DNA of 32,000 nt from contig NZ_AP012549.1 of NCBI RefSeq assembly GCF_000829235.1, positions 1,170,001 to 1,202,000 on the forward strand. Reading direction: 5' to 3'. Each line of letters opens with the position of its first letter. Within the stretch, counting starts at the first letter, position 1. The translations under genes were made by a program, and so were the position numbers. This document shows, in pieces, positions 1 through 9,229 of this stretch. Source of the DNA: a cyanobacterium endosymbiont of Epithemia turgida isolate EtSB Lake Yunoko. GTDB lineage: Bacteria; Cyanobacteriota; Cyanobacteriia; Cyanobacteriales; Microcystaceae. The notes beneath the pieces were generated by a model. It searched no databases and was not told the DNA's origin. It was given only the letters and a program-made list of their open reading frames with translations.

Positions 1-1
1 G

Positions 2-772
2 GCTACTCTAAAAGTGGCTGAACGTTGTGGACCAGATGCAGTCGTTGGCTTTTTTCCTGCTGATCATTTAATCGCTGATATTCAAGGGTTTGAAACAACC
101 CTCAAAGCTTGTTCCCAGTTAGCTATGGCTAAAGATGCCATTGTCACCTTAGGCATTAAACCTAGCTATCCCTCCACAGGCTATGGTTATATTGAACAAG
201 GAGAAAAACAGGGCGGTTGTGAGAAACTGCCAATCTATCGTGTCAGTCGCTTTACTGAAAAACCTGATCAAGAAACTGCCCAATCTTTTATTGCAACAGG
301 AAAGTTTAGCTGGAATAGTGGGATGTTTATTTTTCGAGCAGAAGTCGTCCTCAAAGAACTAGAAACCTATGCTCCTAAGATGATGCAATTGTTGAAGGAT
401 AAAGGGGAAGCAGCTTATTCTGAATTAGATAAGATAAGTATTGACTATGCCCTGATGGAAAAGACAAAATTAGCCTATGTTTTACCAGCTAATTTTGTTT
501 GGGATGATTTGGGAGACTGGATTTCTTTAGAAAGACTTACCAAAAGAAACGGGGCTAATATGGATTTAGCTAATCACGTTCATTTGGATACTCAAGGGAC
601 GATCGCTTATTCGAGTGACAAAAACCATATTATTGCTACTATTGGATTAGAAGATATGGTAATTGTGCACGACAGGGATGTTACCCTAGTGGTTGGGAAA
701 GAACGTACTCAAGACATAAAAAAACTATTAGAGTTATTGCAAGCTAATGAACAATTAGAAAGATATTTGTAA
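2..772 (+). CDS. manC: Mannose-1-phosphate guanylyltransferase-like NDP-sugar pyrophosphorylase, 5'-partial (N-terminus lies upstream of the window)
   Basis: The frame of ORF 14..772 stays open back to nt 2 (ATLKVAERCG...). The translation has ManC/CpsB-type segments: GFFPADHLI, TLGIKPSYPSTGYGYIEQG, RFTEKPD, SWNSGMFIF, DYALMEK. Confidence 0.8.
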   Translation, partial: ATLKVAERCGPDAVVGFFPADHLIADIQGFETTLKACSQLAMAKDAIVTLGIKPSYPSTGYGYIEQGEKQGGCEKLPIYRVSRFTEKPDQETAQSFIATGKFSWNSGMFIFRAEVVLKELETYAPKMMQLLKDKGEAAYSELDKISIDYALMEKTKLAYVLPANFVWDDLGDWISLERLTKRNGANMDLANHVHLDTQGTIAYSSDKNHIIATIGLEDMVIVHDRDVTLVVGKERTQDIKKLLELLQANEQLERYL

Positions 773-965
773 ATATTCACATCGACTAAAATGATTGATG
801 ATGACTTTAGTACCTAAAAAATTATTGACTATTAATACTAGTTCTTCCAAGCTATGAGTATGATTAGTTTATAACTAACGACTTCTAAAATTCCTATTCT
901 GAACTATGCTCTGATACTCCCAAAAACCTTCGATTTTGGCTTATTGTAGTGTTATCACAGCAAGT

Positions 966-2105
966 CGAGAAGAGCCTTAGTGTTTTCTTTTACTAAAACT
1001 AGTGTACGTCAACGGGAAATTATCGAAATAGTTATCGGTAATAGCTGGCACTATATACGAGGGCTATTGACATTAGGAAAAGTTGATAAACCTCAAGTTC
1101 CCCCACCAGAGGTTTTACGAAATATTTTAGTAGAATTTGGTCCATTTTATCTAAAATAAGGACAAATTATTAGTACTTGTCCTGATATTCTTTCTCCTAG
1201 TTATATTAGAGTGTTAACTGCTCTACAAGCTAATGTTCCTCCTGTGTGTTGGTCTAAAATCGAAGAAATACTTTTCCAAGAATTACAAAAACTTTTAGAG
1301 AATATATTTCAAACCATTAATCATGAACCAATTGCAGCCGGTTCTATTGCTCAAATTTATCGGGACACTTTAATCAATGGAACCGAAGTGGCAATTGAAA
1401 TCCAACGGACAGGAATTGATATAATTGTTGCCGAAGATATTGCTTTAATTGAAGGAATTACTTAGTTAGTTTCTTTCACGGAGTTTAAACAAAATTATGA
1501 CATTGTTAAATTAATAGACGAGTTTGCTCGAGCTATTAAGTCAGAATTAAATTTTACCCAAGAGGGACACTATACCGAGTACATCAGCCGAAATTTAGCA
1601 ACGAGTAGCTGATTCGATACTAAACTAAATATTTAGTCGTTCCTCAAGTATATTGGGAAGTTAGCATGAAAAAAATTCTAGTTCTGGAATGGTTAAATGG
1701 TCAACCAATTCTTAATGTAAATTTCAGTATCACTCCTAGTCAGAAATCTCTTAAGAAGAGAAAACAAGAGATAACAACCTTACTATTTAGAGCTTTGATA
1801 TAAAATCTATTTATTTAAAAACTCCTCGGCAAATCGAGATATTATTAAATCGTTTATCCTCAGAAACTTTACAATGGAATTTGCGCATAAAAGAATTAAA
1901 TCTTCTAGGCTGTAGTGTTGATACTTCTGCTAATCGTCTATCTTGTAGTATCGTTTTAAGTTCATTAATTGTAGTAGTTGCTATTATTTATAATAATTCC
2001 AAAACTCAACAATTATATCTAATTAGTGTGGCTTTGTTTGCCGTAGCAAGTTTATTAGTAATGTGGTTACTTATTAGTATTTTAAGATCAGTACGTTTAA
2101 AGTAA
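966..2105 (+). pseudogene. ABC1/UbiB-family atypical kinase pseudogene (in-frame stops, frameshifts, internal deletion of the kinase core)
   Basis: Translation from ~980 reads RQREIIEIVIGNSW..LRNILVEFGPFYLK*GQIISTCPDILSPSYI..LQANVPPV..PIAAGSIAQIYR..EVAIEIQRTGID. This is the conserved ABC1 N-terminal half, broken by TAA at 1157-1159 (a Leu position in the KLGQ motif) and TAG at 1463-1465. The frame breaks repeatedly over 1600-1800. ORF 1881..2105 (NRLSCSIVLSSLIVVVAII..) matches the C-terminal transmembrane tail of cyanobacterial ABC1 proteins. Total length is ~1.1 kb versus ~1.7 kb expected, and the HADPHPGN core is absent. Confidence 0.8.
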
Positions 2106-3971
2106 ACGTTTTATTGTTTATAAAATTTTTTAAAAATAAAAACTAAGCTGTAATTTAGGTTAGATTACAATTAATTACCACTTATAATGTAAAAATATTA
2201 AATCATGTATATATGATTATACATTGCAAGGGAGAGCCTCCATAGATGGTTCAGGATTACTATGATAAATACAACTTTTTAAGCCAATGAGTATAACTAG
2301 TTTTTTATTCATAAATACTTGTAAATTTTTAGGTAATAAATTTAATAATTGATTACCTAAAGACTAATAATTTTCTACTAATTTTTTAAAAAATATAGAT
2401 AGTTAAGCAACTATAGAACTGTATATAAATTCTATTTTTATTTTTAGCTATGAGTTCATCTAAGTTTGAGGGCACGTTCAAAAAACTTCTACAAAATTAG
2501 AATTGTCAAATTATGACAATAAATTTCAGTATTTTAGTATATATTTAGCAGTACTATTCAACAGTACGTGGCGTATATACTATTTTTTTATTTATTTCAG
2601 CTTCTAAAAGATTAAAAACTAATCAATATTATTCTCTTTTTTTATCTCAAAAAAATCTACAACTCTAGCCTCTGAATAAACAGCTTTTTTTAAAAACCCT
2701 AAATCATATTTATATTCAAAATTTTTTTAAAAATCGCATAAATTTTTACTTTATTTCAATATTTTTCTATAAAATTTATTTCTGAACTATAAATTGAAAC
2801 AAAAAATAAGTATAATTATTATTTCAATTGTTTTGCTTTTATTTTAAATAAATAATTAATATTCATTAAATCATTGCAAATGATAATTACAGTATCTATT
2901 CTCTTGTTTTTCTCTTTATTTAAATATTTTTATTTAGAGTAGTTAATCTTTTATTAAGTTCATATATTTCTATTGTATTTAGTGATCTTTATTTTACTTA
3001 TTAGTTAATTTTATAATCTTTTTATGACCTACCTGCTTTATCTGAAATTCTTTTGAAATTTGTATGAAATGATGAAAATGATGAATTGACCGGTCATTAA
3101 ATTTATTTAAACTTCTATTTTCTTGTATTAAAGATAATATTTATACTCTTATTGTTACCCTAAGAAAATATTAAATACAAGTTTATTTACTATCATGTTG
3201 TCTGACTTTTTAGGTAGATTTATATCTAATAATCAATCTTTTTAAAAGTAAATTAATTTAAATTAATCTACTTACTTATTTTTTATATTCTAATTAAATG
3301 TTTACTTAGAAACAACTATATATTATTTTTAATATCTAGAAAAAATACTATTTTTTTAAGGCTAACTAATTAAATAGTTTATTGTTTAGTTTATTGTTTA
3401 TTTTAATATTTTTGTATAAAGTAAATATATCCTCCTACTACGTCATTATTTGGCCTGTCAATCCGGGAAAATAAATTCGTTGCATCATATCCTTCTAGCC
3501 ATAGAAACTTATTTATTAAAGTTAACATTGTTGATTGTTAAAGAAAAGATATTTAATCTGGTATAATTTTTTTTGTACTTAAGTCTTTTATTACCTTTCC
3601 TAAAGGGGGTTTATATTTTTATTATCTCTTACTTTACTAATTTTAGATATTATTGGAAATATAATAATTATTTACTATAAATTATTTAATAAGCTTTTTG
3701 ATAAATATTGGAAAATCTGATATGGTTAAAAGTTTTTTATTTTTTTTTCACCTTTGCTAAATTAAGAGATTTTTTGTCTTCCGTTTATACAATTTAACTT
3801 TCTGCTTATAACGATTGATATCACAAATCACTATTATCCACCAGTTATAATAATTCCATTGTTCTTGACATTGACTTTATGAATATCATCTTATTTATTT
3901 TTTTAACAAAAAAAGAAATATGATATTAAGTTGATAATCAATAGTTATTGGCATTTTGTCAGAATAAAAAA

Positions 3972-5084
3972 ATGAATTTAAATCGTCGTAAATTTTTAAT
4001 TACTAGTGGAGGTTTATGTGGGTTAAGAATTGCTTATTCAACCCATCCAGGATTAAGAAGTGAGAATATAAACTCTCAACTCCTATCTACCCCCATTCAA
4101 AAATACAAAGAGACCTCGATTTCTTACCCTGTAGCCGTTGCCCCTCCAGGATTATTTGCTCCTATACGAGGAGATACTAGAATTATTGTCATTAGCGATC
4201 TTAATAGTCAATATGGGTCTACTACTTATGAATCAGAAGTTAAACAAGCAATCACCCTTATTCCAGGATGGAAACCTAACTTAGTATTGTGTGGGGGGGA
4301 TATGATTGCTGGACAAAAAAAATCTCTTACTAAAACCCAAATTCAAGCCATGTGGTCAGCTTTTGATGCTAATATCAGTAATCCTTTACGTCATTTTAAT
4401 ATTCCCTTCGGGTTTACCATCGGCAACCATGATGGATCAGGAGCAATTTATCAAGGAAAATATACTTTTGCATCTGAAAGAGAATTAGCCTCAAATTATT
4501 GGAATCAACCGACCTCTAATCCGGGATTAGACTTTATTGATCAAGTTAATTTTCCTTTTTATTATAGTTTTATTCAAAATAATGTTTTCTATCTAGTTTT
4601 GGATGCTTCTACCCATATTATCTCCTCTGAGCAGTTAACCTGGATTAAAAAGAATTTAGCAAGTTCCATCGCACAAAAAGCTAGATTGAGACTGGTTATT
4701 GGTCATCTTCCTCTTTATCCTATAGCTGTAGGACGAAATGACGTAGGAAATTTTTTAAGTAATGGAGAAACATTACAATCAGTGTTAGAACAATATAGAG
4801 TGCATATTTATATTAGTGGACATCATCACGCCTATTATCCAGGAAAAAAAGGCCGATTAGAATTACTTCATATCGGTGTGTTGGGAGCAGGTCCCAGGAA
4901 GCTACTAAACAGTAATATCATTCCCAGCAAAACCTTAACAGTAGTTGATATTTATCTAAATTCTCAAACTATTAACTATACGACCTATGATATGAAGACT
5001 CTGGAAGTTGTCGATATTAAAACATTACCTAAATGCATTGGCAAAGTGCGGCGTAGAGATCTTATGGCTGGCTCAAATTCCTAA
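3972..5084 (+). CDS. Calcineurin-like metallophosphoesterase with a twin-arginine (Tat) signal peptide
   Basis: ORF 3948..5084. The ATG at 3972 gives MNLNRRKFLITSGGLCGL, which fits the Tat consensus RRxFL followed by a hydrophobic stretch. Metallophosphoesterase motifs present: ISDLN, GGDMIAG (GD), TIGNHD (GNHD), IGHLP, SGHHHAY (GHxH). Confidence 0.8.
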   Translation: MNLNRRKFLITSGGLCGLRIAYSTHPGLRSENINSQLLSTPIQKYKETSISYPVAVAPPGLFAPIRGDTRIIVISDLNSQYGSTTYESEVKQAITLIPGWKPNLVLCGGDMIAGQKKSLTKTQIQAMWSAFDANISNPLRHFNIPFGFTIGNHDGSGAIYQGKYTFASERELASNYWNQPTSNPGLDFIDQVNFPFYYSFIQNNVFYLVLDASTHIISSEQLTWIKKNLASSIAQKARLRLVIGHLPLYPIAVGRNDVGNFLSNGETLQSVLEQYRVHIYISGHHHAYYPGKKGRLELLHIGVLGAGPRKLLNSNIIPSKTLTVVDIYLNSQTINYTTYDMKTLEVVDIKTLPKCIGKVRRRDLMAGSNS

Positions 5085-5100
5085 TGGGAAATAAACAATC

Positions 5101-5133
5101 TACTAAGAGGTCAATAAAATTGACCTCTTAGTA
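5101..5133. terminator. Perfect 15-bp stem / 3-nt loop hairpin 17 nt after the phosphoesterase stop codon (candidate intrinsic terminator)
   Basis: tactaagaggtcaat-aaa-attgacctcttagta, every pair checked by hand. The downstream tract on the plus strand is A/T-rich (aaaattta) rather than a clean U-run. Confidence 0.45.
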
Positions 5134-5802
5134 AAATTTATAGTTCTACTAATTTGGCATTTAACTCATTATCATCAAAAGTCCATCGTTTCAATTATGA
5201 TGACTCAGAACAAGGCAATAAATCAAAAATCTCTCGTAACATATCATAAATGGCTTTATATGAAATCTGTACTTAATTATCAAAGACAATACTCGTTGTT
5301 GCTTGATAATCACAGTTTGAGGAATTACGCCATTATAATAGAACCCTGGTTCTTCAGGAGAAAAGTCACTTTAGGAAGAATGGAATCGACATTGAGTAGG
5401 TAAAATGTCACCAGCTCTGTTATAAAATCACTGCACTCAAGAAACAATAATAACAAATTGCTTACAATCTTGACTCTTACCAAGACAAAAAATTAAAGCC
5501 GTTGGCATTTGCTGTTTAAAACTATCAGTTAAGCTTAATTTCGTTGAAACCAGAGAACCATTTCTCCCATAGACAACACAAATATTGCCACCAAGAATAT
5601 CATCATCGATATTTGCCAAAACTGTGGAGGTTCCTCTGGTTATTAAAACTACTCCCATAGCTATGACAAGGATAAGACAAATTTTAATCTGAATTTTTTC
5701 GCCAGCAATTTTCTATTAGTTTTGATAAACGTCATGGTATTGAAACCCTTCGCTTTTAAGTTTAGTTAAAATAAAGTCACGAAAAATATTATAAGAAATC
5801 TT

Positions 5803-6267
5803 GTGACTCAGCAGCCAACTACAGCACAATCAACCTATCGAAAAATTCCCATACAGACAAAGTTTGCCAATAGCTACTACGCCATTTTAGGGCTTCATCC
5901 GTCCGCTTCCGCCGTCGAAATTCGAAGGGCTTATCGGGAGCTGAGTAAACTTTACCATCCCGATACCACGGACTTACCTTTAGAGACAGCTACAAAGCAA
6001 TTCCAAAAGCTTAATGAAGCCTATGGAACTCTAAGTAATCCTGAAGGGCGCTCACTCTACGATCTTAAAATTGGCTATTCTCGTCGGAATGTGATTCAAA
6101 CTTTTGACGATTGTCCCCAAAAAAAGGTTTGGGGAACTTCCCCATGTCCAAATTCAACTTCTTTTGATTCAAGTAATCGTTCTTTGTCAGCCGGAGAAAT
6201 TTTTGTTCTGTTTATTTTAGGATTAACTTTTGTAGGATGTATGCTCTTAGCGATCACTATAAATTGA
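5803..6267 (+). CDS. J-domain (DnaJ-like) protein with a C-terminal transmembrane helix
   Basis: YYAILGLHPSASAVEIRRAYRELSKLYHPDT..KLNEAYGTLSNPEGRSLYD is a canonical J domain with the HPD tripeptide. The C-terminus IFVLFILGLTFVGCMLLAITI is hydrophobic. The GTG start has no obvious SD, so the start is uncertain. Confidence 0.75.
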   Translation: MTQQPTTAQSTYRKIPIQTKFANSYYAILGLHPSASAVEIRRAYRELSKLYHPDTTDLPLETATKQFQKLNEAYGTLSNPEGRSLYDLKIGYSRRNVIQTFDDCPQKKVWGTSPCPNSTSFDSSNRSLSAGEIFVLFILGLTFVGCMLLAITIN

Positions 6268-6487
6268 AAAATGGCTCGCCGAAATTAGCCTAGATATCAG
6301 ATAATTAGCAGTCTGCTATCCTAAAGTAGAAACCATAAATGAAGAGATTATACGGATTCTTAAATACCCTCTAAGTTGCTAAGGGCTTGAATCGACTGTT
6401 TGTTCAAATTCTTTAGATATATTTAATAATGATCTTTTTTTTGAAACGAGACGAAGTGACTCATTTACTAATAAAATAATAATAAGG

Positions 6488-6517
6488 GGCTTGCTGTCCT
6501 TCCGAGAACTGCAAGCC
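6488..6517 (-). terminator. Candidate minus-strand terminator hairpin downstream of the cyAbrB gene
   Basis: ggcttgc(16 nt)gcaagcc forms a 7-bp GC-rich stem. On the minus strand it is followed by ccttattattattttatt (a T-rich tail). Confidence 0.3.
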
Positions 6518-6551
6518 GTGGTTTGATGTCGTTACCTTGATTGAAGTAGTA

Positions 6552-6596
6552 AGCGTTGTTTAGTCTAGCCTCTAAACGACGCTATTTTTTTATTTT
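6552..6596 (+). terminator. Rho-independent terminator (plus strand)
   Basis: agcgttgtttag-(8 nt loop)-ctaaacgacgct forms a 12-bp stem with one G-U pair. It is followed directly by atttttttatttt. Confidence 0.6.
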
Positions 6597-6633
6597 GTTA
6601 AGTCTAGGAAAACTGGATGAACTAACATTAGTT

Positions 6634-7020
6634 TTATTCTTCATAATCATCAAGTTCACCAAGTTGTCTGAGATGGATGTGCTTCCGCCCTAGGGTAATT
6701 TCAAATTCGTCCCCTGGTTGTAGACCCATTTTTTTTGTGTAAGCTGAACCAATCAAAAGGTTACCATTTGATTGCACACTAATTCTATAACTAGCCGAAC
6801 GGCCGCCTCTTCCCTGCCCTTCCGAAGAGCTATCTAATTCAATTCCTTCCGCATCAATTAAGGCGTTAAGAAATTTCATCATGTTGACTCGTTCTATACC
6901 ATTTTTAGTCTGGGTATAGTAGCCACAAGCTCTAGCTTTTTCTTCTTTACCGAGGTTACCTAGCTCTTTAACTTTTTCGACTAATGCTGTACCGGTCAGG
7001 GGTGTATCTTGACTCATCAA
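6634..7020 (-). CDS. cyabrB: Cyanobacterial AbrB-family transcriptional regulator (cyAbrB / CalA-like)
   Basis: The 128-aa protein has the clade-typical N-terminal region (LTGTALVEKVKELGNLGKEEKARACGYYT..ERVNMMKFLNALIDAEGI). It also has a C-terminal AbrB/SpoVT swapped-hairpin domain (YRISVQSNGNLLIGSAYTKKMGLQPGDEFEITLGRKHIHL). Confidence 0.9.
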   Translation of the reverse strand: MMSQDTPLTGTALVEKVKELGNLGKEEKARACGYYTQTKNGIERVNMMKFLNALIDAEGIELDSSSEGQGRGGRSASYRISVQSNGNLLIGSAYTKKMGLQPGDEFEITLGRKHIHLRQLGELDDYEE

Positions 7021-7331
7021 CTTAAACAGTAACTAAATGAATAATATGGTTGACAGATTAGAAATATAATATGACATCGAGCAACTCAAAAAGTGCCACG
7101 ATTGCTAACTATCTCCCCTTTCATTTTACACACAACAAGTAAACTTTATCTACCATATGACCAGATCAATAATAATCTATTGCTCTTGCTCTTTAAAGAA
7201 GAATCATCTACAGAATTTACAAATATTTGAGTCTCAGGGTTTTTGTTGAGAAGAACGTGTTATAAAATCAACAACGAACCCTTTAACAGTGCCTTACAGT
7301 CTACTTAAAACTAAGGGAACAAACTAACCAA

Positions 7332-7775
7332 ATGAAGTTAACAACTCGCAGTCATTATAGCGTTAAAGCCCTGCTGGATCTTAGCTTACAGCCGAACTAT
7401 GGTCCAACTTCAGTAAAAGCGATAGCAAGACGACAAAATTTACCGGCTCCTTACTTAGAAAAATTACTGATTGAAATGCGTCATTCTGGGTTAGTTAAGT
7501 CAGTGCGTGGTCCTCAAGGAGGCTATCAATTAGCATGTCAACCTAATCAAATTTCCCTAGGACAAATTCTGGATGCAGTTGAAGAAAAAAACCAACCTTT
7601 GTCAGGTTATCAGCCCGATCTTACGCAAGGATCAGATTGGGTTGCATTTAGTTTATGGAAGCGGCTTCATGAGAAACTTAAAGAGGCACTTTACAAGATT
7701 ACTCTTGCTGATCTTTATTATGATGCTCGCAGTTGGCAGGCTTCTCAAGGAGAAGCCACAAGTTTTGTGGTGTAA
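7332..7775 (+). CDS. Rrf2-family transcriptional regulator
   Basis: MKLTTRSHYSVKALLDLS....SVKAIARRQNLPAPYLEKLLIEMRHSGLVKSVRGPQGGYQLA is the Rrf2 winged-helix signature. The protein has only one Cys, so it lacks the three-Cys Fe-S ligand set of IscR/NsrR. Confidence 0.85.
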   Translation: MKLTTRSHYSVKALLDLSLQPNYGPTSVKAIARRQNLPAPYLEKLLIEMRHSGLVKSVRGPQGGYQLACQPNQISLGQILDAVEEKNQPLSGYQPDLTQGSDWVAFSLWKRLHEKLKEALYKITLADLYYDARSWQASQGEATSFVV

Positions 7776-8035
7776 AAGATTAATATTTAATAGTTAAAAA
7801 CTAATTAAGTTACTATGAAACTTGCTTTAATTTTTGTACTATAAGCTTACGCATTGATGTTAAATAGCATTTGACTCATAATCAAGATTGCTAAAATTTT
7901 TTAGAAAAAAAGGTTTTTAATAAATTAAATTACTGTGAACAGTTTAATAAGGATAATTAAGAAACAAATGTAAATAAAATTATAAACTTTAATAACCTCA
8001 CCAAAAAATAACTTAAGCTAGAAAATGATCAGATT

Positions 8036-9034
8036 ATGAAGACAAATCTAGAAGCAATTATTTTAGGGATAGCTGCCGTAATTGATTATAGAATAAGCGA
8101 GCCTAAAGAGTGGTGACATCCTGTACAAGGGATAGGATGTGCTATCTCAAGGTTAAGTAAAGTTGTAATCATCATTTGTCAAAGAAAATGGCAACGTCGC
8201 TGGTGAGTAATTCTACTAGAGTTAGAGATAATTCTTTGTAGTGAAACTACTAGTTAGATAATCGTTCATCTAGCTAAAAATATTCATTTCTTGTTAGTAA
8301 TTGTAGTACAAAATATTCTTTTAGCAAGTTGTTTTGCAGCCCGAAGTTTATGGTTTGCAACCAAAGCAGTTCTTTCTTCTTTAGTTGAAGGAAATATTAT
8401 AGTTGCGAGGGCTCAACTTGGTCAATAGATAGAAAGGGATACAGATAATCTCTCAGAAGAAATCTTACGCGCTATTTTAGAAACAGTTTTAGAAAATGCT
8501 GTCGATGGGGTAACAAGCACGTTGTTTTATGCAATTGTTGGGGCATTTTTTCCAAAAATTGGGTTGCTTCCTTTTGCATTGGGTTATAAAGCGAAGCGGT
8601 GAGGACCCTTGATTCAATGATTGGTTATAAAAAAGATACCTTTCAAGATTTAGGATAGTTTAGTGCAAAGTTGGAGGATTATTTAACTTGGTTTCCTTGT
8701 CGTTTGACCGTATTAACCTTAGCCTTAATATCAGGAAGACCCCTAGCTATATTATCAATTTGTCGTCGTAATACTCCGCACGATCCCAGTCCAAATTCTG
8801 GTTGGAGTGAATCTGTTTACGCAGCTATCCTATTTTAGGAGTTCAATTAGGGGATACCAATACTTACCAACGCAAATTAAAACACAAGCCAAGCCATTAT
8901 TAGGAGATTTCCTACACCCAATTACCCCAACAATTATCTATCAAGCTTTAAAATTAACTCAGATCTGTTTTCTTTTATGGTTAGGATTAGGAATAGTGAG
9001 CTTATTTTGTATAACAAATTTAACATTTTTTTGA
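8036..9034 (+). pseudogene. cbiB: Adenosylcobinamide-phosphate synthase pseudogene (CbiB in Salmonella naming, CobD in P. denitrificans naming)
   Basis: The reading from ATG 8036 carries CbiB-like segments: HPVQGIG, RDTDNLSEEEILRAILETVLENAVDGV, YKA..TLDSMIGYK, FSAKLEDYLTWFPCRLT, HDPSPNSGWSES, KPLLGD. It is interrupted by at least 5 in-frame stops (for example TGA after EW, TGA after RRW, TAG in LGQ*IERDT, TAG in LG*FSAKLED) and at least 2 frameshifts. ORF 8807..9034 is simply the last frame segment. Confidence 0.85.
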
Positions 9035-9229
9035 CCTTACTGCAAACCTTTATTTTTAAATCGTTAATTCTCTGTTTCTTAAAGTTTACTTGGCTGTCCC
9101 CACCGTATTTTGTTCAAGTTGATTGCACATCAGCCAAGTCCTTTATTAAAAGTTGGTTCTCACTGCTACCCGAAAATAGCTGTCGCCTAATCCAGGGAAA
9201 TTTAGATAATCACGGCTAAAAATCTGATA

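Noticed and set aside
1881-2105. 74-aa ORF that looks like an independent small membrane protein
   Set aside because: Its sequence (..NRLSCSIVLSSLIVVVAII..) corresponds to the C-terminal transmembrane tail of cyanobacterial ABC1 kinases. It is collinear with the upstream ABC1 fragments, so it is part of the pseudogene.
5197-5403. 68-aa plus-strand ORF
   Set aside because: It is Leu/Tyr/Asn-rich, has no SD or motif, and overlaps a region where the minus strand carries more protein-like fragments. It is probably spurious.
6488-6517. SRP (4.5S) RNA-like hairpin. The minus strand reads gcaguucucGGAAggacagcaagcc, which recalls the GGAA tetraloop and AGCA motif.
   Set aside because: The conserved domain IV sequence (GUCAGGUCCGGAAGGAAGCAGC) is not matched beyond the tetraloop, and the flanks cannot form the long SRP helix. 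A terminator hairpin is more likely.
7050-7070. Consensus TTGACA (7050-7055) and TATAAT (7065-7070) hexamers upstream of the Rrf2 gene
   Set aside because: The spacer is only 9 nt against the ~17 nt required, so they cannot act together as a sigma-70 promoter. TATAAT-like hexamers occur by chance in this AT-rich DNA.
8807-9219. ORFs 8807..9034 and 8977..9219 as separate genes
   Set aside because: The first is the terminal frame segment of the cbiB pseudogene (..KPLLGD..). The second is an AT-rich out-of-frame read-through with no protein-like features.
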